Assembly (NCBI GenBank): GCA_003344405.1
Contig: NOWV01000293.1
Span: 1-61,004 of the forward strand
Length of the DNA: 61,004 nt
DNA from: Trichoplax sp. H2
Lineage: Eukaryota
Direction of reading: 5' to 3'
In this document: piece by piece, positions 1 to 12,745 of the stretch
Numbering within the stretch: the first letter of the stretch is position 1
Layout of the letters: each line of letters begins with the position of its first letter
Notes under the pieces: generated by a model
Database searches by the model: none
Told to the model about the DNA's origin: nothing
What the model saw: only the letters and a program-made list of their open reading frames with translations
Position numbers and translations under genes: made by a program

Positions 1-3000
1 TAGTTTGCTTACTATTGTCATCTAAATTAAATTTGTAAATAGCATGATCAATGTATGATCTTGATAATTTTCCTGTTTGGCTTGCTACCTCATAGTCACG
101 TTTTATCTGTGCACTTCCTTGTACAAAATCTTGTAATTGAATAATAGAACGAAATATATTTAATAACCAATTGACATTAGTTATAATAATTCCGTCGTCG
201 CCTACTTTATCACAGTAGATGACTTCTCCTAAATCGTGTAGATACATTAGCATAGCGATTAATTCATCATGGTTTTCATATAATCCGTATTGTTGAGACA
301 AGGTTACTATTTGTTGCATTGTCATAATATTATGCACTTGAGAATGTCTAATTTGATTCATAATAGAAGATGCGGGTTGATTGTTACTGTTAGTAGGGAG
401 CGATTTATTTAATATTCTAGCCATGATATACCATCGAATAGGTATAGGATTCGTAATAAATGGCAGTGATTGTACGAATGCCTTAATGATACCATGTAAA
501 CGAAGACAACATTGTCGACGCTGCTGCAGTGTCGACGGAGTACTATCAAGAGGATTGCAATCAAAAATAATACCAGAAGAATAGATATGATTGGCATAAG
601 AAGGCATGCGAGACGTCAATGTAGACGCAAATTGATTGAATCGAGTACGTCCATCTTCTTCATTGGTAATACAATCGCCATGAGAAGCTACTAAAATAAT
701 AATAGGTAATGAATGCTGTGAAGGTGGTAAATGCTGTCCATCTTCACTTTTAATGTTCACATTGATGGTACTTTGGCTTGTATGGCCAGCTATGATTGAT
801 GTAAGCCATTCTTGCATAGCTTGTAAATACGTCGTTTTAAGTAATTGGTTGTTCCTTGTTCTTACCTTGTCGTTAATGTCTTGATTAATATTAAATACTA
901 AAATATAAATACTATTGACGGAGATAAACGGATAATGAGTAACATGATAGACGGCATGACCTGCGAAATCCCATATTTTAACATACTGATTTTTATCATC
1001 TTTGTCTGTATTTTGACTTTCCATGGACGAACAGTAATATTGATGTAAGCCTCGTTTAGACTGTGATTCAATTGGAATCTCTTTCCCTACTAGCGCTACA
1101 TCTTGCGTAATGACATCAGTTGCAGAAGAATCGACACTGTGTTGTTGCCAATTTGACACAGGTGGATTATTGGCTATAACGGGTTGATCTATTGGATCCA
1201 TGTCGGTTACTTGCAGGCTGATGTTATCTTGACTATCGATACTTGGTTGGGCTAAGTCTTGTATGACTGTCTTGACTTTATCGTCCAGTATTTCAGTCCA
1301 ATCACAACCCTCTAAGTTCATAATATTATAATATTCAGTGTCTACCATAATATCCAAACTCTCAGCCACTTGCGTCGGAGATGGACTGTTGAGTGGTTGC
1401 TTGGTAAATATTTTTCGAAGAGAAGTTTTGCCCACATTGCGAGGGCCAATAAACATGCCTCGTATTAAATGATTAAAGCAATGACCATGTTTTAAGCCTT
1501 TGCTATATGCATTGTAATATTTCTTTTCTTGCAAAGCTGTAGAATAACAAAATGCAGAATAGGGTTACGGTTATCCATCGCTCTCTCGTCTACTACTGTA
1601 TTAAAACTTCACTTACCTTTCTGTTGTATGTGTTGATTGTTCTGACTGCCGTCGATAGTATTTGCTGGCGCTGTAACGTTGTTGGTTTGATTCGGTTGAA
1701 ACAGTTCAACGGTACTCTTGATGAAATTTCTCGCTGTTGATGTCGTCGATTTCTGCTTGCGGAGAGTGATTTCGATATTCTTTTTGGTCCTTGTAACTAG
1801 GCCATCATTTCTGCTTAAGGCTGCGATCTGGAGTGACTTGTTAAAGTTATCCACAGCCTGATCGTACTTGCCTTGGCGCTCATAGATAACTCCTATGCTG
1901 TTATATGACCGCGCAACATCAGGATGATTATGACCAAGGACTGACAATCGAATTTGCAGTGACTTGTCATGCATATCCACAGCCTGATCGTACTTGCCTT
2001 GGCGATGATAGACAAGTCCCATGTTGTGATATGACCACGCAACATCAGGATGATTGTGACCAAGGACTGACAATCGAATTTGCAGTGACGTGTCATACAT
2101 CTCCACAGCCTGATCGTACTTGCCTTGGTGATGATAGACAACTCCTATGCTGTTATATGAGTTGGCAACATCAGGATGATTGTGACCAACGACTGACAAT
2201 CCAATTTGCAGTGACTTGTCATACATCTCCACAGCCTGATCGTACTTGCCTTGGTGACGATAGACAACTCCTATGCTACCAAATGACCACGCAACATCGG
2301 GATGATTGTGACCAAGGACTGACAATCGAATTTGCAGTGACTTGTCATACATATCCACAGCCTGATCGTACTTGCCTTGGTCATCATAGACAACTCCCAT
2401 GTTGTGATATGAGTTGGCAACATCGGGATGATTGTGACCAAGGACTGACAATCCAATTTGCAGTGACTTGTCATGCATATCCACAGCCAGATCGTACTTG
2501 CACAAGCGATCATAGACAACTCCTATGTTGTTATATAAACTGGCAACATCAGGATGATTGTGACCAAGGACTGACAGTCTAATTTGTAGTGACATGTTAT
2601 ACATATCCACAGCCTGATCGTACTTGCCTAGGCGAATAAAGACATTGCCTATGATGTTATATGAGTTGGCAACATCGGGATGATTGTGGCCAAAGACTGA
2701 CAATCGAATTTGCAGCGACTTGTCCGACATAGTCCGACAGAAGTCAAGCTTGCACAAGTCGAAGTAGACGCGCCCAATTTGATAATAACTATCGGCAAGA
2801 CGAGTATCCTTTTCGTCTAACCATTTTAATTTCATTTCCAACGATTTCTTAACGTCTTCCAGTGCTCCGATGTAATCCCCTTGGCGTCTCTTAATCTCAC
2901 TTTCTCTTTGTAAACATTGAGCCGTGCTCACTTCATCTTGCAGTTTAGTAGCCACAGTTTGTCCCTTTTCACTCCATTCAACAGCTTCCTTGAATTGATA

Positions 3001-3231
3001 TTGTAAAGTGTAAATGTCGCAAAGACCAAGATAAATATCGCATGCAAGTCGATCAATATCCGCACTAGGATTCGACAACGAAGCAATCTCATCGACAGCT
3101 TGTGTATAACAAGATAGTCCGTCCACCAACTGGAAGGCAGTCTTGAATGAGTTGCCCTTTTCGTACAGTGATTGTATACGGGTATAGTGAGGAAGCACAC
3201 TCGTGGAACAGACAGATTCATCATCAGCCAT
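1..3231 (-). CDS. TPR-ROC-COR Roco protein, copy 1 (3' end runs off the left edge of the window)
   Basis: TPR exon 3231-1617 (ATG at 3231) joins an exon starting at 1536 across an 80-bp phase-1 GT-AG intron (1616-1537; AAAG|GTAAGT...TTCTACAG|CT). The join reads in frame ALQEKKYYNAYSKGLKHGHCFNHLIRGMFIGPRNVGKTS (P-loop), followed by IWDFAGH (G3), VASHGD (G4-like) and YLHDLGEV (COR). Confidence 0.9.
1824..2705 (-). repeat. Seven tandem 126-nt (42-aa) TPR units, kinesin-light-chain/nephrocystin-3-like
   Basis: Seven copies of LSVLGHNHPDVAxxYxxIGxVYxxQGKYDQAVDMxDKSLQI in ORF 1609-3243, near-identical at the nucleotide level; boundaries approximate. Confidence 0.92.
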
Positions 3232-4814
3232 CTTTTCCTGCACTCAATTCAATAGCATGTTAGTTAAAGACTAGAACGACAGGTTAGAGACAAATAAGAT
3301 TCAAATCAAGCTTCGTCGCAACCATTAATTACTAATCATCGGATCGATATTATCTCTATGCATTAACGAGGGTATGTCGGAATGATTGTACTTGCGTGCC
3401 AGTCGTAGTTCAACAGAACAACATTAATTATTCCATTATACACAATTTTCAAGCATCAAAAAATCAACTTCTACAATGTCGCCTATTAATTCCGCATGGA
3501 AGATTATCCGAAAATCAATCTCTGTAGATGATTACTGAAGGCAACGCTATCGGACAATCGTGTGCTTACGTGTACATTAACAAAATGCATTCCAGCTTAC
3601 AAATAGATTATACTCATAATCATAATAACCATCAAACAACAATCTTTTTATTCTAATAGACAACAGCAAATAAATGCTAGCCACATCAATGATAGTGTAA
3701 AATAAGAAAGGATGCTTGCAATATAGTTTCGTTGGCGTCGTTTACCTGTCTTTAATTTCTATTTTTACTTGAAATACAATGTATAATGATGGATACCTAA
3801 CGGAATAGGTTACTTACCAATGGATGTTTTAAAAATCGGCTAATAACAACTTGATGATTTTGCTGTAACGTAGATTTAATCCTACCAATCCGACTGCGCG
3901 CTGCTTATTGCAACAGGAGCTAATGGATAAAAAGAGAACGACAGGTGACATAAAACTCTACTCGGCTAAACAGCTCTATCCAACTGCATATACGCTAAAT
4001 ACACGCACTGATCAGCACATCTAAATACTACAGTGTATCAGCGATTACAGACTACTAACTCATTGGTTATTTCCTAACTATAAAAACTCCTTGCAAAGTC
4101 CTGCACGAGGAAGGGCACTATTGATAACCATGAAGCTTGCTTGCTAGAAATCCCAGTTAAACCTGCGGCTATGACACGCTTTTATTCGTAAGTAGTCCCT
4201 ATGTGGATGATGCGATAGCCGACGGATAAAGGTAAATAAATAAAATGAAGGTAAGGTAAATAAATAAATTAGGTTTCTTTGCAATGACTTGTGCATAGTC
4301 ATAAGACCTTATGAAATTAAAACAGCTCTAATTTGTATTAGTTTATTAAATACGAGTTTAAGATTAACCTACGAGTATCTTCCCTACCGAATTTCTTATA
4401 TCTTGTTAGCTTAGTAAACCGTCAATCATGTTATTTGCAAAAGTTTGATTCCAATGAACTATTGCATGGGTAGATACAAGTTACCAACAAAATATCGTTC
4501 TCTCTAAGTAAGGATAGTTGACATATTATCCTTATCCATTTTCTTCTATTACAGTCTATCAATAAAGCTATCATTTTATCAACAATTTAATTGCAGTCTA
4601 CCGTACGCTATTTATTGTCGTGGCTCCGCAGCCTGTGTTTATTGCAATTCAATTTGATAATGAGCTTGTTACTGTCATATAAAAGTCTCAAATTATCAAC
4701 TATGAAATTCATCAAGTAATAACTTAAAGGGGCTACTGTTCAGGATAGGTTACTGATAGTAAACTGCGAGAAAGAATAGCGATGAATATTATATAACATA
4801 GAGACATAGAGAAA

Positions 4815-4965
4815 TGATAGCAGTCTATTACAATATGCATCATTGACATTATTCGATCCATTGAATCTACTGTAGCTCAACAAAGAATGTCATAAATTTA
4901 ATAAAAGATATTGCTTGTTACAAATATTATCATTTTGTATACAACGTTCGTAGTCCGATGATGAA
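4815..4965 (-). pseudogene. Highly degenerate COR-domain relic, paralogous to 18955-19110
   Basis: Alignable by eye to 18955-19110 (gcagtctatt...tgacattattcgatc...aatctactgt...cgtagtcc); many stop codons. Confidence 0.45.
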
Positions 4966-7900
4966 TCAATGATAAACATTTGCATGGTCAAATTGTAAGC
5001 CATGCTAATAAAGATTGTACAATCGCAATCATGAATTTTTTAGACTAACCAGATACATCAACAGCGGATTACAACATTGGATATGCAATAAAACGGATTA
5101 ATCACTTGACTAATCAGCAGTAGCATATTCTACTTTAATTGGCAACAGGCATCTAATGCTGGCATTGCATTACAACAAGGCACTATCCTCTCAGTACTTA
5201 CGCTCGCTGCATTCTCGCGCCAAAGAAGCTTCTTAGTTAACAAGTTCAGCTTCGATCCATCCTCACAGAACTCATTCTCAAGGGTAGGTAATCATTTCTA
5301 CGAGCATACCTCAACAGTTTTCAACAAACAAGAAGTATTTTATGATCGGAGTAGAGTAAAGTAAGATCAAATTAAAATCTCCTGACAGGATTGGCGTGAG
5401 TACTGTTTGGCCTGATTGCAAATTGCATGCTATAGATTCAAGATGTAATCCTCCATACGTACTGGAAGTACTGCAATCCATAGCAATTCCATATGATTAC
5501 TACCTTAATTTTATTCAATAATTAAGAATCAATGAGTTGTTAATATACACCATTTAAAGAAAATTTTTAGTATACTTTTATAAACTGTTTGACAAATGAC
5601 AGTAAAAAATCAACGGAATACAGTAGCGCACGATGAAGATGATATCAAGCGATTCAGCAAGATGGCTTAGTTATTGGCCTCATCATCGATGATGATCACC
5701 AATAAAACAGTGGCCAACAGTAATTTCTGTCATCGGAAGAACAATCTTCATACTAATTCAAGGAGGCTAAAAGATGCAACATAAAAAGAATCATCTACGC
5801 TTACTTCTCGTATGCACTAATTTGCACTACTTTAACATAGATGCCGAAGGAACGCTAATGTTGGCTTCAGACGATAGAGCTAAAATGGACATGGTTGGTA
5901 CTTTCATCAACTACATGGAGGAGAATTACCAAGTCTATGCTATATGTGCATGCCTACAAATTATTTCTATTCAAAATAATATACCAATCTCAGCTCTAAA
6001 AATGCTGCACAGTGCAAAATGGAACAGAGAATTTGGAAAGTCTACACGCTGCACTACGTTATTTTAAGTAAACTTACATCTTAAAGCTTCCTAAACTGTT
6101 TCTACATGAAGTTGATACAAATGCAATAAGTTCAAAACCAATATTCAGTGATTAACTGGTAATATCAGAGTAATTTGCTCAACTCTGGTTAAAACAGGTC
6201 ACGACATTTTAAAGGTGCACTAGCAGCACTACCATCTTGTATCAAGTACTAACTCCTCTAAAATAATCAAGACAGGAGCATTCTCTTAGAAGCTGATATG
6301 CTATCGAAACTGCGATTTGATGCAGTACACTAATGCCTTCTAGCTTATAAACTGTCCGTTTACTGTACAAGACTAATCAATTTCTCAATGAGGAGTACTA
6401 GAGTATCGTCTCAAACTTGGTTAATAGCCACAAAGGTTGTAGCCGCTCCATGAGCAGTGGCGCTCGACGATTACAGGAAAGGTGCCAATGGTGCAATTTT
6501 AAACGAACCATAGACGGATTCTACTTGATTTTATTCATTTGATCTTCCATTCACTCAAATTATTCAAGAGTCTTTTGCTCGTTTTAGCTCATACTGTCTT
6601 GATGAAATGTCGTACAAATTGGCATGGACAAGCCTGGAGCGAGATAGAAAGATCAAATACAGTCGTTGCCATGAATGTAAAAATTTTGCCTTGCCAATGT
6701 TACAATTTTCCAGCCTAATGCTATATTGTTTGGTTCAGCGATTTAGCTATGAACCATTGACTATACAACTTATGCAAGGTATGCTCTATCGTAGTCATCA
6801 GGTGTTGTTACACAGACATAGTTTTGAACTATCTTCATTGGATTTCTTGAGTGGCTTATAACCAAGTAGAGAAATGATTGGTCGCAAGGATGTTGGATGA
6901 AAGCAAATTAGTAGTAACTTCGTGTTTTGTTCAAATAATGATTGGCTTACTCCACAATGTTATAAAGGTCATTTAATCTATCTCTTGACAAGTACTGTTT
7001 TACTTAATTATTTTATAGTTTAACTCGATTACATCACCTTTGGCTGTAGGACTGAATGCATTTTTCCTTAGTTTACTACCGGTTACAGTGAGTCTCCTCA
7101 TGTAAAAACAGTAAAGCAATTTGGTCTTAATTTCGTACTTCGTAGCAATCATGACTAGAAGCTATTCACAGTCGATAACTGGCAATTAACTAGCTCTTCT
7201 TACAATTCATTATAGCAAAAGATTTCTTTATTGTCAGGATCTTTATAACTTTCATAAAGTAGGTTAATTTTACCGTCTGAAACAACGTCACTTTGCATAC
7301 AATAGTACAGCATTAACAAGTTTAACTCACGATTAGTACAAGCAAAAATGAATAGTAACCGTAATTAACAAACCTTTAGAATACTTTACAATAATAAATG
7401 TTTATCCTTCACCAGCAATTTATAAGTGCTCCATAAGTATTTAAAGTAAATTTATGATGCTTATAATGTTGTCATTTCGTTGTGCACAGGAATAAAATGT
7501 TAAAAACTTAATTTTTATATCAGCAGATTCTTACACAAAACGTGATTGTGATGGCGAAGCTAACAAATTGAAATTAATCACATTGAGCATTGCTAACATT
7601 GTCCATTAAATTGTTGGTTTATTTCAACCAAGGCAAAAAATAAATCATTATTTTCTTATAACGCTAATTATTTTGATCATGAAAAAATGTAAATAAGCAC
7701 AAATAGACTATCAATAAATTAGAATCTACACTATAGTAGACGAAAGAAGATTAGTCCTCTAGGAATTTTGTTCGTTTGGGATAATAATATCATTTCTGTC
7801 AATCGTTTCCAAAGCGTTCCGCAATAGATTAAGGGTAGCATTTGGGTATTTCCTTCTGTACCACTGATTAAGCGATTGGATGGCACTGTTATAGGTATGA

Positions 7901-8589
7901 CCACGATGTTTTGCTTCGATAACCTCAGTATCAATCGTTGGATCTAGTACTATAGCTAATTTTATCCAGTCTACACCAACACAACTAGTGATGGAGTGAA
8001 AATAGTTTCTAGGATCTATAAGGCACGAATGAACATATTACCACATACGTCATCTTAAAATTACAAATTGAAATTATCTTATCATGGACTAGCCGAACCC
8101 GCATACCCAGCTGTGTGCTATCAATATGACTCAATAATTTAAATGTGGATACATTTGTTTTAATTTAACCTAATTCATTTTACTTATTGTTGGATACTCG
8201 CAAGTAAAGTAGTGGAGTAGTAGTTTATATGTTCTAATTATAATCTGAAATATTCGCTGGCATTCTAATTAGCTAACAGAACTTTGTGCGATAATATCAT
8301 ACATAATAATCACTTCTGGTCACTATTATGATTAAATGGGCAAATTAATTACTATATCTATGAATAAAAACGTAAAAAAAAGCTTAAAAGTAGCTTACTA
8401 GTAGCTAAATATTCTAATGAAAATCTTAAAAATTCGTTGGTGATATCATCATGTAGCAAAACTGTATGCGATCATATCATCAGTGGCAAACGTAGCTGAA
8501 AGTATTACATCAATTAACGAGGTAAGATTTTCCTATGTTAGAATTTATACGGAGTAATTGCTCTTAATCATATTTAAATCGATCTTATA

Positions 8590-8770
8590 TCGTATAAATG
8601 TTGCAATTATCATGGTAAATATCACATCGAAGATGATCAAGTTCAACACAGGGGTTGGATATCAAATCAATTTCATTTATAGTTTGCGTATAGCTAGCTA
8701 GATAGGCTTTCCACCAAATCATAAGCAGTCTCGTTATCCAGACCCTATTGATAGGGTGATTGTATATCTT
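8590..8770 (-). pseudogene. Relic of the N-terminal TPR exon of the Roco family
   Basis: Strong nucleotide match to 20670-20850, which translates to YTQAINEIDLISNPCVKLDQLRCDIYHDNCDIYTL versus YTQAVDEIASLSNPSADIDRLACDIYLGLCDIYTL in the intact genes. Confidence 0.75.
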
Positions 8771-10324
8771 GAGGTATCATAGAATGATCGCATTGATCAG
8801 CTGTTATGTTTTGCTAACAGTAATAACAACGAATGGATGGAAAGGATATACAGGTTTGATAGTCTATAGCATCAACGCCAAGTCAGTCATTAATATCAAG
8901 GAAAATTATTGGAAAGAAAAAGTTAAAAATAATGATTTTATTCCTACTAGAAGATCGATTACTTACAATTATAGGCCAGTCGCTGTTCTGTTAGTGGAGT
9001 AAATTATACCAACTCAATATTACTAATAAATTTGCTGTATTTGTAGAATAGTAATCACTAAGTTATCAAGATTTCTCATCAACTAGATCCTTTAAATATA
9101 GACTACATCATTTGTTATTTTTGCTGGTAATAATAATATGATAAAATGAGTAAGACTACAGTCAACTTGATGGATTGAATTTTTTGTTAACTTTATTTAT
9201 CATCGATTCCTAATTTTGTTCAAGCTGTATTACATATTCTAATGTCTGCAACTGTATGCTGCAATGCCCATCTTTGCTATCCAAATTACCTTGATTTTGA
9301 AAAGCATGGTTGATGCTCTCCTTGATACGATACATTCTGTATCCTACAAAGGCATCATTTTTTTGTTTTGCTACTATGATCCACGTAGACCTTTATTCAG
9401 TTATTACTTGTAAATTGATGGTGACGACCATGGACGTCAAAACAAGTCCTTGCATTTGCATTGTAAGATTAAAGAGAACATAGCAGCTAAAATGGTATTG
9501 CAAAAGTTAGCAAAAATATCTCATTCATGGTATTAGGTTATAAGAGCATTTTCACATAAAATGGTTACAGTCAATGAAGCGAAATTCCTTGAAATAAGGA
9601 AGCAGAAATAGAAGCAAACACTATCACCTTTTAAGTAGTAATCAATAAAGACATTGGTAATCAGGCGTAACTTATATCTAAAACATTTCTACAATATCGT
9701 AGAGTGAACCGAGAAATAATGCACCTTCAATATTTTTAATTTAAGTGGGGCTCTAAACGGCTACTTTCTGTCGTTCACTTTTACGAGTCTGGTGCAGAAT
9801 ACTTTTTTTGATTTTAATATGCTGCAATATGTTAACGCTAACCATAACAAAATTGTGCCAGATAAAGGAGGGTCGTCATACAAGATGCACTATCCGCTAG
9901 CAGTCGAATACTGACAATTCAGTAAAGTGTAAATATGCCAGAATTGTCCAGGCTATATCTCAGTCTTCACCATAATCACGCAGTCACTTATGGAATCAGA
10001 TGTTGTAGACTATCAACTTCGTTAAAAAATTACGGCAATGGTTAACACGTTGTCAGCAATCATAGTTAAGTGTAGATTAAATAAAGTATAAACCAAACGC
10101 AAGTGAGGCGCGACTTTACTTTATTGTGAATTGTTACGAGACTAGGGATCTCAACATGCCCTACTAGTAAAAAGTCTTGATTTTTATTATTTAATTAGCT
10201 CATACTGCTGAACTCACACGCTAGCTACTGCCACAATTGGTTATCATAACTTATACATTAGTTCCATGGCTTCAACTCTTAATCAAGACTATTTAATTAA
10301 TCTTTGCTAACTTTAGTCTTTAGG

Positions 10325-10625
10325 AAATGGCGTGAAGCCGGTAAAGCAAATTCAAAATCAGATGGTAAGGTCAACTAGTATTAATGGATGTGAAAATCGT
10401 GCCTTGCTAACTACCTCTAACATACAGTATAAGTTTGATATCTTGTTAATGTTAGTAGTTCCGTGGATTCAATTTCTGATCAAAACTGCTAGCTAATCTT
10501 GGCTAACATAGTTGTCAGGAAAATTTAGTGAAGTCGGTATACCAAGTTAGAAGGAAGATGGAAAGATTAACTAGTTTGAATGGATATGAAAATCCTGCCT
10601 TGAATGCGATCTTTAACTTACGGCA
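10325..10625. repeat. Imperfect direct repeat, period about 197 bp
   Basis: aactagtattaatggatgtgaaaatcgtgccttg (~10373) versus aactagtttgaatggatatgaaaatcctgccttg (~10570), with similar upstream gtgaag.cggta segments. Confidence 0.55.
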
Positions 10626-12479
10626 TTGCCTTAGCGATATTGTAAGAGTATTGATCTACATTGTTTTCTTTTGACAACAATTATCCCTGCACAAAGAGTA
10701 AATCTTTAAAAAGAAATAATCACTCTAATAGCACATTTATTCTTAGCCTTTGAATGACTTTTATATACCCTTTGAAACTTTTAATTTGAATTATTTTTTC
10801 TTATAACTAATCAGTACTTCCACTGAAGATTAATTTCAAAGTATGGCGTAGTTTTAGTTTACTTGCCAATCGGATAGAAAAGGTTATTTTTATCATTTTA
10901 CACCATCCAGTACTTATATTTTCTAGCTTGACTACTCGAGCATTTGATAAAGGGTTTACTACATTTTTAACCTCAATAGAGTACAATAATGAGTTATAAG
11001 AGCTCAATTGAGCAATTATAGGCTCAGAAATTAAGTCTCTTGATTTACGATAATTGCTTATAATTTTATTTTTATTTAAGTAATTTTATTATGTTGCTTT
11101 TGATGATAATATGACAGAATACGAGAAGTACTTTTTTCGATAATAAAAGTTAGTCACAGATATTGCAACCAAACTTAGCTAACTAATGCTATTGGTAATA
11201 AACAATGAAATCTTTATATTGCTTTTATCAAAGTTAGGAACGGCAGTAACATAATTAATACCGGTGTTACAATTCAGAATAGTAATATCACTAGAAGTAA
11301 AATAGAGTAGATAAGATTTTTTAAATTTACGGTACGTTTATACTTCAAAATAAGCGATCTTGTATGCACAACTTAACGCTATCAATAACAACATAAATAT
11401 CTTCCAACTACCGCAAGCGCGTTTGTCTAATGGCTTAAAACTGAATTTAAAGCCGAAACGATTCTCTTAATCTATTCGCATGCATTATAAATTACGGGTA
11501 TACTGTAATATCGTCCTAATGTACAATGGCAACTATCGATTTTAAGCCACCGAAATTTCCATATTAAAAATTAGTTAGTGCTATCTATATATGCGCTTAT
11601 GGTGATTTCAGTAAGCTACAGTAGTAGCAAGTTGACTGAGTCATTGCGATAGCTTCTGCCTCATATGGTTATTGACAGGTATCCTTGGTTAGGTTGTTTG
11701 TGATAATTTATTAAAAAATTTACCTTAGCAATGGATCAACTCTATTAACAGCTATGATTTTGCTATAGCTACAACTAATTTCTGTTTATCTGCATATTGA
11801 ATAATGATTTAATCTTTCCTTTATTAAAATTATAAATGGCTACACTACTGCGTAGTTATAGAAAATCATAATTCTTAGTTTTTTGTTTTAAGTTTAATCC
11901 TTTACTCAATTTTTTGGCAATTAACGTTACATTATTGGCAGCTATAGAGAGCAAATAATAAATTGTTGCTGTTCATTATATTTATTAGTGTATAATAATT
12001 GATCCACTATAGAGCCTTTTACAACGTTAAATTACACAACAGAGGACTTCAGATGCAACAGTAAAAACTACTTGAGCCAGCAGTAAAAGCTAGAGGGATA
12101 ATCATTCACAATGAAACGAAAGTACCTACGGCAATAAACTACTGCAAAACTAGATTACGGTAAAGCGTTTCTAAGTAAAAAATATAAACATAAATATTAC
12201 TAGATTTTGAATATCTTGATAAAAGTTTATTTACTACTGTCACGACCGAGATTATGAAGCTTAGAGATGATATGAAATTGGAATACTGTACGTTCGTTGA
12301 TCCAGTATAACTACCGTACCTCATAAATTAACATTGACTAGAATTGCTCTTGAATTATTAGTCTCTGTGCTGATATATATCTTAAGAATTACGATTTGTC
12401 TAGTTCAAATACCATGGAAGAAATTTATAAAATTAACCATAACATGACCATTAGCAGCTATGATATTTATCTCTCGTAT

Positions 12480-12745
12480 TCATTCGGTCATTTTTTTTTC
12501 GACTTCGTCAGCTAAAGCATTTATTTCCATCTTACGTAAAGCTTCAACCACTGCAGAGATTTTAGCATTCATCCCAGCTTTATCTTTCCACGATTTTAAA
12601 ACATTGTGCACTTTATCGTAACGTCCTTCATCCTGACTTGATTTAATTTCATTAATCTTTGTGTCCGTTAACTTTAATAACACTCCAAAACGAACTATAT
12701 GGGTTCCATTTAGTTTTGCTGCTATTAAATCGAAGCATGCTCTCT
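12480..12745 (-). CDS. Death-domain exon (terminal exon of Roco copy 2)
   Basis: FDLIAAKL...RFGVLLKLTDTKINEIK...DKVHNVLKSWKDKAG...AVVEALRKMEINALADEVE matches the death-domain pattern. Acceptor AATAG|AG at 12746 has the same phase as the upstream donors. Confidence 0.8.

Noticed and set aside
1905..2582. 225-aa plus-strand repetitive ORF (also 16405-16677 and 16729-17028)
   Set aside because: Antisense shadow of the TPR repeats; not kept intact between the paralogues.
1824..2705. Regular direct repeats with variable interiors resembling a CRISPR array
   Set aside because: They are 126-nt in-frame coding TPR units in a eukaryotic gene, with no cas genes nearby.
3232..3243. GTG start giving an MQEK extension in copy 1
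   Set aside because: Coincides with a likely 5'UTR acceptor (TGCAG|) and is not conserved in copy 2; the ATG at 3231 is shared by both.
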